Shown here in pieces: positions 1 to 12,440 of a stretch of 64,000 nucleotides of DNA. Location of the stretch: NCBI GenBank assembly GCA_030704615.1, contig CM060733.1, positions 65,224,001-65,288,000 on the forward strand, read 5' to 3'. Position numbers and translations under genes: made by a program. How positions within the stretch are numbered: the stretch's first letter is position 1; each line of letters begins with the position of its first letter. This stretch comes from Takakia lepidozioides (lineage: Eukaryota > Plantae > Bryophyta). The notes under the pieces were generated by a model. The model searched no databases. It saw only the letters and a list, made by a program, of their open reading frames with translations, and was not told where the DNA came from.

Positions 1-35
1 AAACCAGCAAGTGATTTGTGAGGAAGAAGGTGAAC

Positions 36-729
36 CTGTCAACGGATGCAGACAGAATATCACCATTGGCATCGACAGCTACACTGGTAACTTGCAATGT
101 ATGGCCCTTTAAATCTTGAACAACCGATGCCGTGTCCACATTCCAGAGCAGCACGCGTGTATCCATGCCCCCAGACACTAAGCCCCCGCCCGGCAGCTCC
201 TCAGATGCAGGCAACCAGGCCACCGTACCCACAAAGCTGGTGTGACTTATCATTGTCTTGGTCATGTTGAAGCCTCCGTTCTCACCCTCCAGAGCGTTCC
301 AAATCCGCACCGAATAGTCCCTCGATCCCGTCGCGATCCCACCATCGCCACAAATGCAGATGCCTCGTACCTGATGCCCGCTATTAATTATCCCTCCATC
401 AACTTTTTTCTCCCTCTCCTCTCTCTGTCGCTGACCTCTACAGAATTATCGAAAGCCTATTTCAGAACGCTCCAAACGGATAATTGCTAGAAGTTCAGAA
501 AACTCGATCAAGTCTAAAATGATTAGCAAAGAGTTCCATGGAAGTGTCAATTGCAGAAGGTGGCATGTTATTGCCGACGGCAGTGTCAATGAATGACACG
601 CAATGGATCAAAAACCCAACAAACTTGAGCCCGCCCATCACTCCAGGAGAATGCAGAAGGAGCACTTACATCTTCCTCGTGGCCAAAAAGCTGGCACCGC
701 AGCCTGTAGAGCGGTGATTCTTCTCCCAT
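36..729 (-). CDS. PLAA: Phospholipase A2-activating protein / UFD3 (Doa1) WD40 gene, first two coding exons (gene continues off the left edge)
   Basis: Exon 1 729-670 (MGEESPLYRLRCQLFGHEED, GTAAGT donor) splices in frame to exon 2 370-36 (VRGICICGDGGIATGSRDYSVRIW...HTSFVGTVAWLP...LVSGGMDTRVLLWN...LKGHTLQVTSVAVD...ILSASVD). GT-AG junctions; matches the recalled plant PLAA/UFD3 N-terminal WD40 repeats. Confidence 0.9.
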
Positions 730-1145
730 AGTTGTACACACTCAGCCAGAAAGGAGATCCCGGAGAACAGGTCCAACAGAGCAACGAAAGAAGGAGCAAC
801 GCTCGCAAGAGAAAAGACCCTGCACCTGCAATTGGGTCACTGCATCACGAGTTTCATTACATGCTGCGATGGAACTAGAGATGCCAGACACGCATTGCAG
901 ATGAACACGACACAAGACAAAAGCTTCTTCTGTTGAGCTAATCCTTACTTAGAGCTCAGTAATCTTAAATTAGGGCTTACTAAGTGCGATTTGCAGAGGA
1001 GCTTCCACGGGAATTTTCTTTTCTTTTTCAAGATTACTGATTTGTGAGTTTTACTTTCTTCGTTGATGAAGGCCTTTACTCGGGCCATGGCTCGGTTCAT
1101 TGTTCGCTCTAAAGTAAGACTGTTTCGTTCTCTAGTCAGGTTATT

Positions 1146-1386
1146 GTTCTCTGAGTTATCGTGCATGGTCCACCGTGAGCACATGCCTTATGGCGGCTTT
1201 GGGCAGACAAGGGTTTTAATTTTTTTCCCTCCAATATTTATTTTATTTTATTATAGAACAGGGGACAGTGGCCCTGCTTGTTTTTATTGAAAGATTATTG
1301 AAGGGAAAAAATTAAAACCCTTGTCTGCCCGAGGGCTGCCCATAAGGCATGTTCGCATGGTGGACCATGCCGGATAACTTAAGAAC
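1146..1386. repeat. ~240-bp fold-back inverted repeat (MITE-like or hairpin RNA precursor)
   Basis: Arm GCATGGTCCACC...CATGCCTTATGG...GGGCAGACAAGGGTTTTAATTTTTTCCCT and its reverse complement flank a short loop near 1268. Confidence 0.8.
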
Positions 1387-3219
1387 TGTAGCGAGCAATT
1401 ACCTAAACCAGGTAGCGAAGGATGATACCCCTCCGAGGAGGATACAATATGAAGTGTGGGAGAACACTAAGAAACAATTACTGCAGGAGCATACAATTTC
1501 TAATCCGAGGGCAGTGCGTATGATTGGAACTGTGAAACATAGTGAGTAGGCCGTAACGGCAGCAGAAGCCTCGAGGCTTTGAGATAACGTGACGGGAATG
1601 GAACATAAGGACAAGAACGCTGGGAGGTTGTAGTGAGCGAGGGAGGAAGAAAAAGAGGAAAGGGGTGAAGAGTGGAGGGGAAGAAGATCAGGATGGATCA
1701 TACGGAGACCCAGAAACTATTCTATTTGTGAAAGTGGAGTCTAGTTCCTGCGGAGGGCCTGATGTGCCTCCAATTATTATCAAATCTGTCGAACTCCGGG
1801 GGAGGCCGAAGAGCCTGGCTCTGTGTCCCTGCCAACAATCTGGAATTTTGTCCGCCCAGACACAGGTGAGATCATCAGTGTAGCTACAAAGGATCCCACA
1901 CTTCCCCCACGTTGCTCGAAAGGTATGGAGGAGGCCAGCCTTGCTCTTGGCGACCTCTGCACACAGTAATGCCCATGCCTTCTTAGCTGCCACTATAAGC
2001 TCAAAAAAGACCATAGTCAGAAGAGCAGTAGGTAATATGTTCTCATTGTTAACGGCCCAGTCACGCCGGCTTTTCCGTATGTTACAGTGAGTGGAACTTC
2101 TAAGGGTCTCAAAAACCGGGCAGTCATAGGCCTTGGATTTGCTGCCTTGGGGGTCTATGGCCAGAAGGCTATGGAAAACATCAGATTATAAGTACATACG
2201 CTCAGTGTTGTTTACCGCCATGGGGAATCCACACTACGGTGCCGTAGCTAGGCGCGGTGAGGCTCAACTCGAGAAATATCACCAACGACCATGCCACATG
2301 GAATAACCAAGGTAAGACACACTTTACTTTGTCATTGGCGTCTTTGAATGCATGTTCATTGCGGTATGGAGTTGATTAACATTTATGGTGTCTTTGTTGG
2401 GGCTGGACAAGAATCTTGGGAGGCTCTCATGGCTCGACTTAATATATGAGTGATGTTTCATGTGCAAGTGTGTGAGCTTAAGAGAGCTTGTGTGCTTGTA
2501 TCTTTCTTCTTTATCACTCGAGAAAGATGAGCTCGTATTTGTGAGTGTCAGATACGAGTTAGTTGTAGCACTTGTGGTTTTTGCTTGAAAATGAGAGAAA
2601 CCAGGTTGTTATGCAAGGAGCACCGTGGAGCTCTTGGTTGTTAGAAACGGAGGTGATGCTGGTTACGAGTAAGGTGGACCTTGGCATTCGATCTTCAGCT
2701 TCAGAGATGAAAGCACCGTGCTACAGTGCACTTTGTGGAGTATGTTGAGATTGGGTTTCAATCTCGAGCTTCAGCATTGAGAGGGCTGGAACAGGAGCTA
2801 AGAGGTGCGGCAAGGCCATGGAATGTGCACCTAGGGTTTCAGAGCTTGGAAGAAGAGCTCTTGCATCACAAGGGAAGTGTCTTGAGGCTGGAAATGTAAA
2901 CCTTAGGGTTTTAGGAGCTTGACAAAGGCTATAGATTGCTTAGTCTTGTTTTAGAGAGCATCAAGGAGCCAAGGAGCCAAGATAGGGGGCTGATACCTCT
3001 TGTGTGAAGGGATTGCATATGTGGAGCATGCATGCAGCCCATTGAAGCCTCCATCTTCAAGCTTGGAGGGCAAGCAAGGAAGGGCCGATTTCTCTTATGT
3101 GAGGGCAATGCATGTGTGGAGCATGCTTTCAGCCTGTTGAAGGCTTGTATTTTCAGGTTTGGGAGTGCAAGAAAGGAAGGAAGGGGCTGGTTTCCCTGTA
3201 GCGCATGTGTGGAGCATGC

Positions 3220-3944
3220 TGTCGCGCACCTCACTTCGGTAAGCTCCCCTTCAAGTCATAGTTACTCGCTCCGATGCGCGCGCCTGACCCCCAACCTGGC
3301 CGCCCGGGCCAACTTGGAGCTTCGGCTGCTCACCGGGACATAACGGTCCCCCCTTCGCTTCCCACTAAACCCTCCACCTATTTGGGCCTAGGAGAATTCC
3401 CTTTGGTAGATGGCAGTCCGGAACAGCTCCCCACTCTTTGGTCGCTTTCCGGCTCGCTCGCTTACTCACTAGTTTTTGGTCATCAACGGGCTTGCACCGT
3501 TCTCGGGGTCACTACTCCCCTTATATATACTTCTGTAGCTGGTCCGCGGGGGTTTCACAACCAGCCATGCCATTTTATGGCGAAACCCCACACAAACCCT
3601 CGACTCCCGGTGATGAGTCGCGGTGAGTCTTGGCCCACTCACCACGGCCCCCTCTGGACCGTGATGAGTCCCAAGACTCCCCCGACTCCCACCACGAGTC
3701 TCCTCCGCCCCCCATGGTAAGCCTATGCCCCCCCCACTAAGTCCCGCTAAGCTACCACTTACCACCTTGTGGAGCCACCCCCGCCCGCAACCTAGTGAAG
3801 TGCCTTGGGCACTCAAGCTACCCCCGCTGCTCCCCCCCCCCCCCCACCACCCCCCACCCCGCATACCTATCGCTGCCGCTGCCCCCACCACAGGCACCCC
3901 TCATGTTGTCCCGACCCCCTGCCCTCAAGGCAAAGGCCGCGACA
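3220..3944 (-). repeat. 3' LTR of chromovirus copy 1
   Basis: Highly similar to 8988-9727; preceded on the minus strand by purine tract TGGTAGGGGTGTG (3957-3945). Confidence 0.92.
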
Positions 3945-4847
3945 CACACCCCTACCAACAGGGAGTCGATGTCCTCATCGACTTGTCCATTTTGTAGAAA
4001 CAACAATCCAAGTTGTCATCCCACATCAAGGAGTTTTTTGTTTCCGTACCATGGCGTCCCATGGCAAAGAACCAAACCCACACTTGACTCTACTCTCCAC
4101 TAGCTAGTTCGGCCGACTTCCTCCAAGTCCCGGCCAAGGTGGAGCCTCTCCAGCTCCTCCCAGTGCACTCTTCTTGGCCTACTTCAAGGCCAAGGAACGA
4201 TCCTCCCCGAGGATCGAATCACCTTACTGCAACAACATTGCTTGCGATCGCTCATGATGCCGCTTTTGGCATCACCTTGAGCAAGGGTTCCCTGGAACCC
4301 TCTTTGACTAGGAAGATAACCTTGAACCAACCGTGCGCCCCAATCACTACAATTGGTCCGCCTTGGAATGCTGGCCTGAGGTACGGGAACACGCCGAAGC
4401 CGCACTATGACTTCGTCCCGATGCTACACGATTATAGTACGTGAACGGAAGCACGTAGCTTCCGCGTTAGCCCGCACTACAAGGCAACCCCCTCGGTAGC
4501 GCAGTTATAGTACGCGCACGCGCCAGGTGCGCACTAGCACGTGAACTCCCAAAGAAGTCGCAAGTTTCCTTGCCCCTTGGATGGGGGTCACCCGATTTCG
4601 GCACTACGCAAACACACGATTAACCCAATTTACCTCTCCCACTTTTTATAAGCTAGCATGCATTCTACACACTAGCCAACCATACCATGCATCACCATTC
4701 CAAACAAAATAGGACGCACAACATTGGAACCCATTTCCTTTATAACAAATTTTTGTACAATACAAGTTTTTGTAATCGGATTCCTAAGCTAGCTAAGCCG
4801 GGCTAAGCATGCATTTCCTCCCCCACGCTCCAAGGTTGATGTCCCCA

Positions 4848-7755
4848 TCAACGTTTCTTCCGCTTTTGAGGTCGCCCTTCGAAAGCTGCAACTGCCTCAG
4901 ATGCGTTTCCCATTTCTGAGGCACGCACCCAAGATGCCTCCACATGATGATAGCCCTTCCATTTGACGAGATACTCCTCCGTTTCTCGGTTCTTGAACCT
5001 CCTCGACTTAAGTATTGCCTCCACCTCGTACTCAGGTTCATTTTCATGATCCAACGGCATAGGTGGCGGACGCAACACTTGATGCCGATTCGGACGCGCT
5101 TCATCTTTGAAGTAAGGCTTCAAAAGGGAGACATGGAATACTGGGTGCACCTTGCTGTTTGCCGGCAGTTGTAGGTCGGAAGGCGGTGCTCATCTTCAGC
5201 CTCGTCCCCATCTTCTTCCAAAGTGCCCTCCAAAATTTACTCGTAAACTTTGGATCGCGGTCCGAGACAATATCCTTCGGGACTCCATGATGCTTTAAGA
5301 CGTGGGCGAAGTAAAGTCGCCCTGTCTCCTGCGCCGTTGCCGTCTCCTTGTGGGGATGAAATGGCCCATTTTACTGAACCTATCCCCCCACCCACCATGA
5401 TTGCATCGAATCCTTTTGACAGCGGCATAGCAGTCATGAAATCCATCGACGCTTTCCCAAGTCCCCTCTGGAATCGGCAAAGGTTGTAACAGCCCCGCGT
5501 GCTTTTTGTACTCGCTCCGGTTTTGTTGGCATGTAGTGCATGTCTTGATACTCCTCTGCCTCCCTCCTCCCTCAGTTTGGGCCAGAAATACTCTTTCTTC
5601 AAGAGTGCCGCAGTGCGCTTGGCTCCGCCGTGGCCCGCAAGCGGGCTATCATGGCATTCTCTCAAGAGGCTATCTCTGATCCCTCCCTTCGACATGTAGA
5701 GACGCTTTTGCTTATACCGGAGCAGTCCATTTTGCAAGTGGAACTGCGATTTAACCCCCATCCTCAAGTCCTACATCACGGACTTCGCCAGCTCATCCTT
5801 CCGGCAAGCCTTCCGGATCTTCCTTTGGAGCGCCGTCTCGCCCTTGTACACCAACAAGAGCTGCTGCTTTCTCTACTTAAAGCATCGGCCACCACGTTGT
5901 CTCGTCCCGGTTTGTACTGGATATCCACGTCGAACACCGCCAAAGTATCTTGCCACCTAAGTTGTTTTGGGACAACTTGGGCTGCGTGGCAAAATACTTC
6001 ACCGTGACATTGTCCGTGAACACCTTCACTAGGTTGGAACCAACATAGTGGCGCCAAAGCTCAAGACAGTGTGCCACCGCCTTCATCTCTTTCTCGTGCG
6101 TTAGCCACCGTCGCTCCACTTCATTCAGTTTCTTACTTTCGTAAGCCACTGGGCGTCCATCTTGCATCAGTACACCCCCAATCGCGAAGTCCGACGCATC
6201 TGTGTATCTCGAACGGACGATCGAACTCCGGGATTTTCAAGACTGGAGCTTCCACCATCCGCTGCTTCAATTCAGCAAAAGCTTGGCCACAAAAAGGTGT
6301 TCCATGCCCAGACTTTAGATTTACAAAAGGTCTGACAGCGGCCCCGCAATCTTGGCGAAATTTCTCACATACTTCCGGTAATAGGAGGCGAGTCCTAGGA
6401 AGGATCGCACTCCCGGGACCGAAGTCGGAGGCTCCCAGTCCAAGATCGCCCTCACCTTTCTGTCATCCATTTTGACCCCATCCTGTGTAATCACATGCCC
6501 CAGGAACTCCACTTTTGTGACCCCGAATTCGCACTTTGAAGCTTTGGCATACAGCTTCTTCCCGCAATTTTTTGGAACACCCTTTTCAGGTGCTCCAGGT
6601 GCTCCTCCTTTGTTTTCGAGTACACCAAGATGTCGTCGATGTACACGATCACAAAGTCATCCAACCACTCCTAGAAAAGGCTGTTCATCAGCGTGCTAAA
6701 TGTCGCTGGTGCATTGGTGAGCCCAAAAGGCATCACCAAGAACTCATATGAACCATACCTTGTCCTGCACGCGGTCTTCTCCTCATCTCCTTCCGCCACC
6801 CGAATTTGGTGATAGCCGGAGCGCAAGTCGATCCGGCTGAAATACTTCGCTCCTGCCAACCGATCAAAGAGGTCGTCGATCCTTGGCAAAGGGTACCGGT
6901 TTTTGATAGTCACCTTATTCAGAGCCCTGTAATCGACACACATCCACAGCGTCCCATCCTTCTTGTCTGCAAATAGCACCGGGGCTCCGTAAGGTGACTT
7001 ACTCGGCCGGATGTACCCATTTGACATTAGATCCTTGAGCTGAGTCTTCAGCTCGACCAACTCTCTGTGGCTCAACCGGTAGGGCGCCTTGGCAGGCGGT
7101 TCCGATCCCGTATCACCTCAATCTTGTGGTCAACTCCTCTTCGCGGTGGCAAGCCGCTTGGTAAATCCTCCGGCATCACATCCTGGTTTTCTCCAAAATC
7201 CCCTTGATCCAATCTGGGCTCGGCTCCCCATCGCCTTCTCCTTCACTTCTCTAATGTAAAGCAAAAATTGGGGCTCGTGTGCCTCCTCCACGGCCCACTC
7301 CTTTGCTAAAAGAAGGTTTATTCGCCCTCCCACGGATTTGGGCGTTTCCGACACTCGTAAAACCTCGCCACCATTCCCACATGGCAGCGTGACTACTCTC
7401 TTGCGGCCATCTATGACCGCTCCGGATTTGCTCAAAAAGGTCATCCCCAAAATGAGATCCACTCCATCGATCTCGCAGATGGTGAAGTTCTCACGTCCCT
7501 CCCGACTCCCAAGTTAAAGAGGAACATCAAACGCCAACCTTGTCGCCAACTGAGGTTCTCCTTTGGTAGAGCGCACCTCAATAGAGGCCCCCACGTCACT
7601 TGTCGGGAGTCCCAACTTTCGCGCCGCCGCCGGCGTCATGAAGGAGTGCGACGCTCCTGTGTCCACTAACAACGACACGTTAGTTCCGGATATTATCCCA
7701 TCCACGAACAATAACTGACTCCCTTTACGCAGGGCGCCAGTTTCCTGATACAACT
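4848..7755 (-). pseudogene. pol: pol (protease, RT, RNase H, integrase, chromodomain), frameshifted
   Basis: LLVDTGASHSF protease; [29 protein letters not shown] and YIDD RT motifs; VAYESKKL RNase H; HDSPLAGHGG integrase Zn finger; [10 protein letters not shown]; EYEVEAILKSR...EYLVKWKGY...SW chromodomain. Confidence 0.93.
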
Positions 7756-8930
7756 CACAAGAATAGTTGTCTACCTTGCAAGTCCTGGCGACCACCGCTT
7801 CCACCAAGCGACTGATGGTATCTTCCGACAGCTCCGTGGTTGCCCGAGTCATGTTCAATTGTCGAGGTTTTTGTGCACTTCTTGGCCATGTGCCCGGGCT
7901 CCCCGCAATTGAAACACACTCCATCAAAGGTTGCCTTCTGTCCGCCATAAGCCGCTCCACCCGCTTTTCCTTTCGAAGCACCAGGTGCCGCCTTGACGTG
8001 TGAAGGCCCTCCCTTCGATTTCCACGTGCCATTGTCGCCGCGTGGCCTATCCCACTTCTTTTCCGGTCGGAAGGAGTCACCTTCCCGCCGGGTCTTCTTG
8101 TGGTTCAGCTCCGTACGGCCTTGTCTCTCACCCCTAGGGACATCCGAGAAACATTCAGCCCTCTCAATTGCCTCGTTCAAAGTCTTGGGTGGCTTCTCCT
8201 CCAACTTCCGCCTGGCCCATGGGGCCAGTCCCGCCACAAAGTTGAAGACCATTTCTGGTTCTGCCAAGTCCGCGACTTCGAGCAACAGCACATTGAAAGC
8301 CTGGACATACCCCCGAATGTCATCTGTTTGCTTCAAATTCCTCATCTTGTCCCGGGCAAGCCAGGACGCGTTGAGGGGCACAAACTGTCTCTTCATCAAT
8401 TCCTTGAACCCACTCTAGTTCAAGGTTTCCGGGCTTGGGGCCTCGGTCGTGAAGGCGTTTCTGCCACCATTGTTGAGCATAGCCCCTCAAATAGGTGGGA
8501 GCCACTTCCACCCGATCCTCGTCACTCAACTTGGCCGCCCAAAGTACTGCTCTAGCTCCAGGAGCCAGGTGTTGAGTGCCTTCCAATTTTGGACGCCCTC
8601 AAAGGTGCCGGGTTCCTTAGGCTTCACTTTAAACTTTGCCTTAGTGGAAGTGGCATTAGCCGCCTTCAACACGTTTTCAACGTCCCGCCAAACTGCGCCA
8701 ACAACCCTTCCCAAAAGGCTGCCGGCATGGGAGGCATCTGTTGGTCGTCGGAGCTCTCACGGATTCCTCGGGCTCCGACTCCTCGGATTCCTCCCCGCTT
8801 TGAGCGGCCTCGCTTTCAGAAACCTGCGTCGCTTCCTCAAACGGCCGCTTCGGTGACACGTCGCCCCCATCGGCTAACCAGGATCATCATCTTTTGGGCC
8901 GTTCCGCTTTCGCTTTGGCTTGCCGACCCC
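7755..8930 (-). pseudogene. gag: gag with CCHC zinc knuckle, frameshifted
   Basis: KPKEPGTFEG...WLLELEQYF; LKQTDDIRGYVQAF; CFNCGEPGHMAKKC. Confidence 0.9.
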
Positions 8931-8973
8931 ATGATGAGGCCAATCCCAAGGACGATCGCGTACTGAACTCTAA

Positions 8974-8985
8974 GCTCTGATACCA
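8974..8985 (-). promoter_or_regulatory. Primer-binding site (tRNA-iMet)
   Basis: TGGTATCAGAGC, 2 nt inside the CA end of the 5' LTR. Confidence 0.93.
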
Positions 8986-8987
8986 AG

Positions 8988-9727
8988 TGTCGCGCACCTC
9001 ACTTCGGTAAGCTCCCCTTCAAGTCATAGTTACTCGCTCCGATGCACGCGCCTGACTCCCAACCTGGCCGCCCGGGCCAACTTGGAGCTTCGGCTGCTCA
9101 CCGGGACATAACGGTCCCCCCTTCGCTTCCACTAAACCCTCCACCTATTTGGGCCTAGGAGAATTCCCTTTGGTAGATGGCAGTCCGGAACAGCTCCCCA
9201 CTCTTTGGTCGCTTTCCGGCTCGCTCGCTTACTCACTAGTTTTTGGTCATCAACGGGCTTGCACCGTTCTCGGGGTCACTACTCCCCTTATATATACTTC
9301 TGTAGCTGTCCGCGGGGGGTTTCACAACCAGCCATGCCATTTTATGGCGAACCACCACGAAAACCCTCGACTCCCGGATGAGTCGCGGTGAGTCTTGGCC
9401 CACTCACCACGGCCCCTCTGGACCGTGATGAGTCCCAAGACTCCCCACGACTCCCACCACGAGGTCTCCGCCCCCATGGTGAGTCCTATGCCACCCCCAC
9501 TAAGTCCCGCTAAGCTACCACCACCCCTTGTGGAGCCACCCCCACCGCAACCCGGTGTGCGGGGCTCCACCTAGTGAGCGCCTCCGCCTCCTTGAGTGCC
9601 TTGGGCACTCAAGGGTGCTTCAGCCCCCCCCCCCCATACCTATCGTCGTTGCCGCTGCCCCCCCACCAGGGGCAGCCCCTCATGTGTCCCGACCCCCCCC
9701 CTGCCCTCAAGGCAAAGGGCCGCGACA
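8988..9727 (-). repeat. 5' LTR of chromovirus copy 1
   Basis: TG...CA termini with a 7-bp terminal inverted repeat; TATA-like TATATATA; adjacent to the PBS. Confidence 0.92.
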
Positions 9728-10344
9728 CATGCTTTCAGCCCGCTGAAGCTTGTATTTTCAGGTTGGTGGGTGCACGAAATGAAGCAAAGGGGCTGATTCT
9801 CTTGTGGTGAGAGTGGGGCATGTGTAGAGCATGGCTTTAGTCCATTGGGCTTTTGTTTTCAAGGTTTAGAGGGCTAGAATGGAAGGGCTAGGGCTGGTTC
9901 CCACTTGGATGAAAGAAAAGCACTTGTAGGGCATATGTGAGTTGGGGTTTCAACTTCAAGCCTAGATAGAGCATGGCTTTTGAAGTGGCAGGTGTAGGGG
10001 GCTAGAATAGGCTCTAAGATATATATTATGGCCAAGGAGAGCGCATGAAATAGTGCTTACAAGGGCTGGAAACCAGCAAGGCATGGTTGCTTGTCATGGT
10101 CTTGAGTGGCGTGTTTGGGGGAGTTTAAGTGAGAAAGAGGGCTTGAATTGTGGCAAGCATTTTCCTCATGACTTAGAGCTACTATTAGTGGTGTGTAGGA
10201 GCCGAAGAGAGCAAGAATACATTGCAGATTTCTTCACATCTACCATAGCTCGTTGCAAGAGAGCTCAATGGTCAAGATACACAAACCCTAGCTAGGCGTG
10301 GCTAAACCCCTTGGAGAAATGGCTAAACTGCCATGAGCGGCCAT

Positions 10345-10745
10345 GGATGGGGCTGTGACAGGCTGTGGCCTTTGGGGCTATGACGGGCTGTGACGGGCTG
10401 TGACGGGCTGTGGCCTGTAGGGCTGTGATGGGCTGTGATGGGCTGTGATGGGCTATGACCATGTGACCTGTGTAGGGCTGTGACATGCTGTGATCTATGG
10501 CCTGTGGGGCTGTGACGGGCTATGACGGGCTGTGGCCTGTGGGCCTGTGACGGGCTGTGACCCTGTGACCTGTGTAGGGCTGTGACGGGCTGTGACAGGC
10601 TGTGACCTGTGGCCTGTGGGGCTGTGATGGGCTGTGACCCTGTGACCTGTGTAGGGCTGTGACGGGATGTGACCTGTGGCCTGTGGGGCTATGATGGGCT
10701 GTGACAGGCTCTGATGGTTGTGGCCTGTGTGGGGCTGTGACGGGA
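10345..10745 (+). repeat. Minisatellite based on GGGCTGTGAC (10-mer and 7-mer variants)
   Basis: Dozens of GGGCTGTGA(C/T), CTGTGAC and CTGTGGC units in tandem. Confidence 0.9.
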
Positions 10746-11510
10746 TGCCCTCATCCCAACACTCTTCCTCTCCTCTCTTCCCTCACTTGCATGACCATGA
10801 GAATATCATAAAGCTGATACTCCTCAAACCGCCCTCCATGAGCTTCGAAATTTGGCCTTAAAGACCACATGCTAGTCCTCAGGCAGTCCACCAGTGCCTC
10901 CACGGGTCAGCACAGGCCGTCCACAGGTCAACACGGGCCACCAAAGACCAGCACAAGCCCACACAGATTACATGTCAAGCCGCCACGGGGTTAGGCATTG
11001 CTTTAGCTTCTCTTCCTCAAGTTTTTTCATCCTCTCATGAGGCCACGACCTTTCCGTAGGTGGAGGCAAGAGTCAGTCCGGGTTTGGGCTGGGGTGTCCT
11101 GGCAGGAGCGATACCGTGGAGTTGTTTTTGGTGTGGGGGAGTTGTCGTTCTGATTTTCTTGTGTTTGGATCCCCTCCACACCTGCATGCTTAATTGTGTG
11201 TCATGTTAGTTTTGTGTGGGCGCTTGCTTTTATAGGTGATTGGTCCGGATTTGATCACCGGCCAGTCCTAGAGCATGAGGCTGGGGTGATGACCAATCAT
11301 ACCATCATTGTTTCTCCTGTGGTGAGGTTGGAGGTGATGACCAGCCAACCATAGGAGTGCTTGCGGTGGATGTAGGTGCAGGTGCAGGCTATGTTAGGAA
11401 CCTAGTATTCCAAACCATAAGCCGCAATAGGTTCTCTACCCGGTTACCTTATGGAAAGGGGGTTAGGGACATGTTCATGACCGGTTGAGTGTCGGTTTGT
11501 CAACACGGAG

Positions 11511-12440
11511 GTGCCACTAGTTGCTAGGGAGAGTGCCGGTTCGAGCATTAGCAATACTAGTGGGTACACGAGACGAGGTGTGCGGTTTAGGCCACCTTCA
11601 CCTCCTGTGTCTTCCAAAGAAAATTCTGATTCAGACTCTGAATCAGAAGGGTTCACGCTGACGGTGCAAGGTACTTCCTTGCCATTGTTGTGGGATACAA
11701 TGGAGGAGATGTATGGAGCTACCAAGGGGCCACATAGATACTCTGGAGCAGTGGGCACCATTGAGCTGGACGATTTTATCCAAGAGTTTGATAGTTGGTG
11801 TGATTTGCAGCAAATGCGCAATCCACAACTATTTACGCCTTTCATGGCAATGGAAGGGGCTGTTTCAGCACAGGTCTTGAGGGGTAGCCCATGGATGATT
11901 ACCATGAGTTCAGGCGGGGGCATGAGGTTGAGATCGAGGAGTGGAGGATGTACTGGTCACCCGACTATGTCTCCATCACTAGGGGCACTAGAGCCACGAG
12001 GGCAGTGGCTACACCTGCAGCTGCATTGGCAGCTTCAACAAGTAGCAGTGGGACTAGTAAGACTAGTGGTACCGTAGCTACGACGTCCACCTAAGTCCTA
12101 GTCTAATTTCATTTATATCTTTTTTCATATGAACTTCAAATTAGGTGTTGCAATTTATTCTTGTTGTCAACTCAATTTGAGATCACCCAAAAATTGGTTT
12201 CCAAACAAAGCTGTTGTATTTTGAAGATGAAAAATAAGAGTAGATTAGAGTAGACTGGACAAAAGTGAGCCACTATAGCATGCTTCTACCCAGCTCAGAG
12301 AGGACGAGGTGCTCAGGCACGTGGTGTAGGCCAAGGGCAAGCTCAGCATGGCCAGGGACGAGGAGGTCAAGGTGTTGACCAAGGCATGGCTAACTGGCTT
12401 CAGCAGCTAGAGCAGCGGCTTGCTGCCATGGCCACAGTTC
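11511..12440 (+). pseudogene. Degenerate gag-like N-terminus of an older retroelement, interrupted by a MITE
   Basis: RYSGAVGTIELDDFIQEFDSWCD...DDYHEFRR resembles gag capsid N-termini; a Gly/Gln/Arg-rich continuation resumes after 12291. Confidence 0.5.
12099..12291 (-). mobile_element. Truncated copy of the MITE at 28067-28313
   Basis: Reverse-complement similarity to 28067-28260; keeps one TIR (...GTGAGCCACTATAGCATGCTTCTACCC). Confidence 0.85.

Larger units (their letters stand above)
3220..9727 (-). mobile_element. Full-length Ty3/gypsy chromovirus LTR retrotransposon (degenerate; internal deletion in integrase)
   Basis: LTRs 8988-9727 and 3220-3944 with TGTCGCG...CGCGACA termini; 5-bp TSD CATGC at 3215-3219 and 9728-9732; PBS, PPT and gag-PR-RT-RH-IN-chromodomain order. 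Confidence 0.95.

Noticed and set aside
3600-3680. Retrozyme-type hammerheads in the LTR (GTGATGAG twice)
   Set aside because: Lacks the CUGAUGA core and a properly placed GAAA.
3274-4444. Pro/Gly-rich ORFs in the LTR and 3' UTR as an extra env-like or antisense gene
   Set aside because: Frames are not conserved among the copies; explained by GC-rich sequence.
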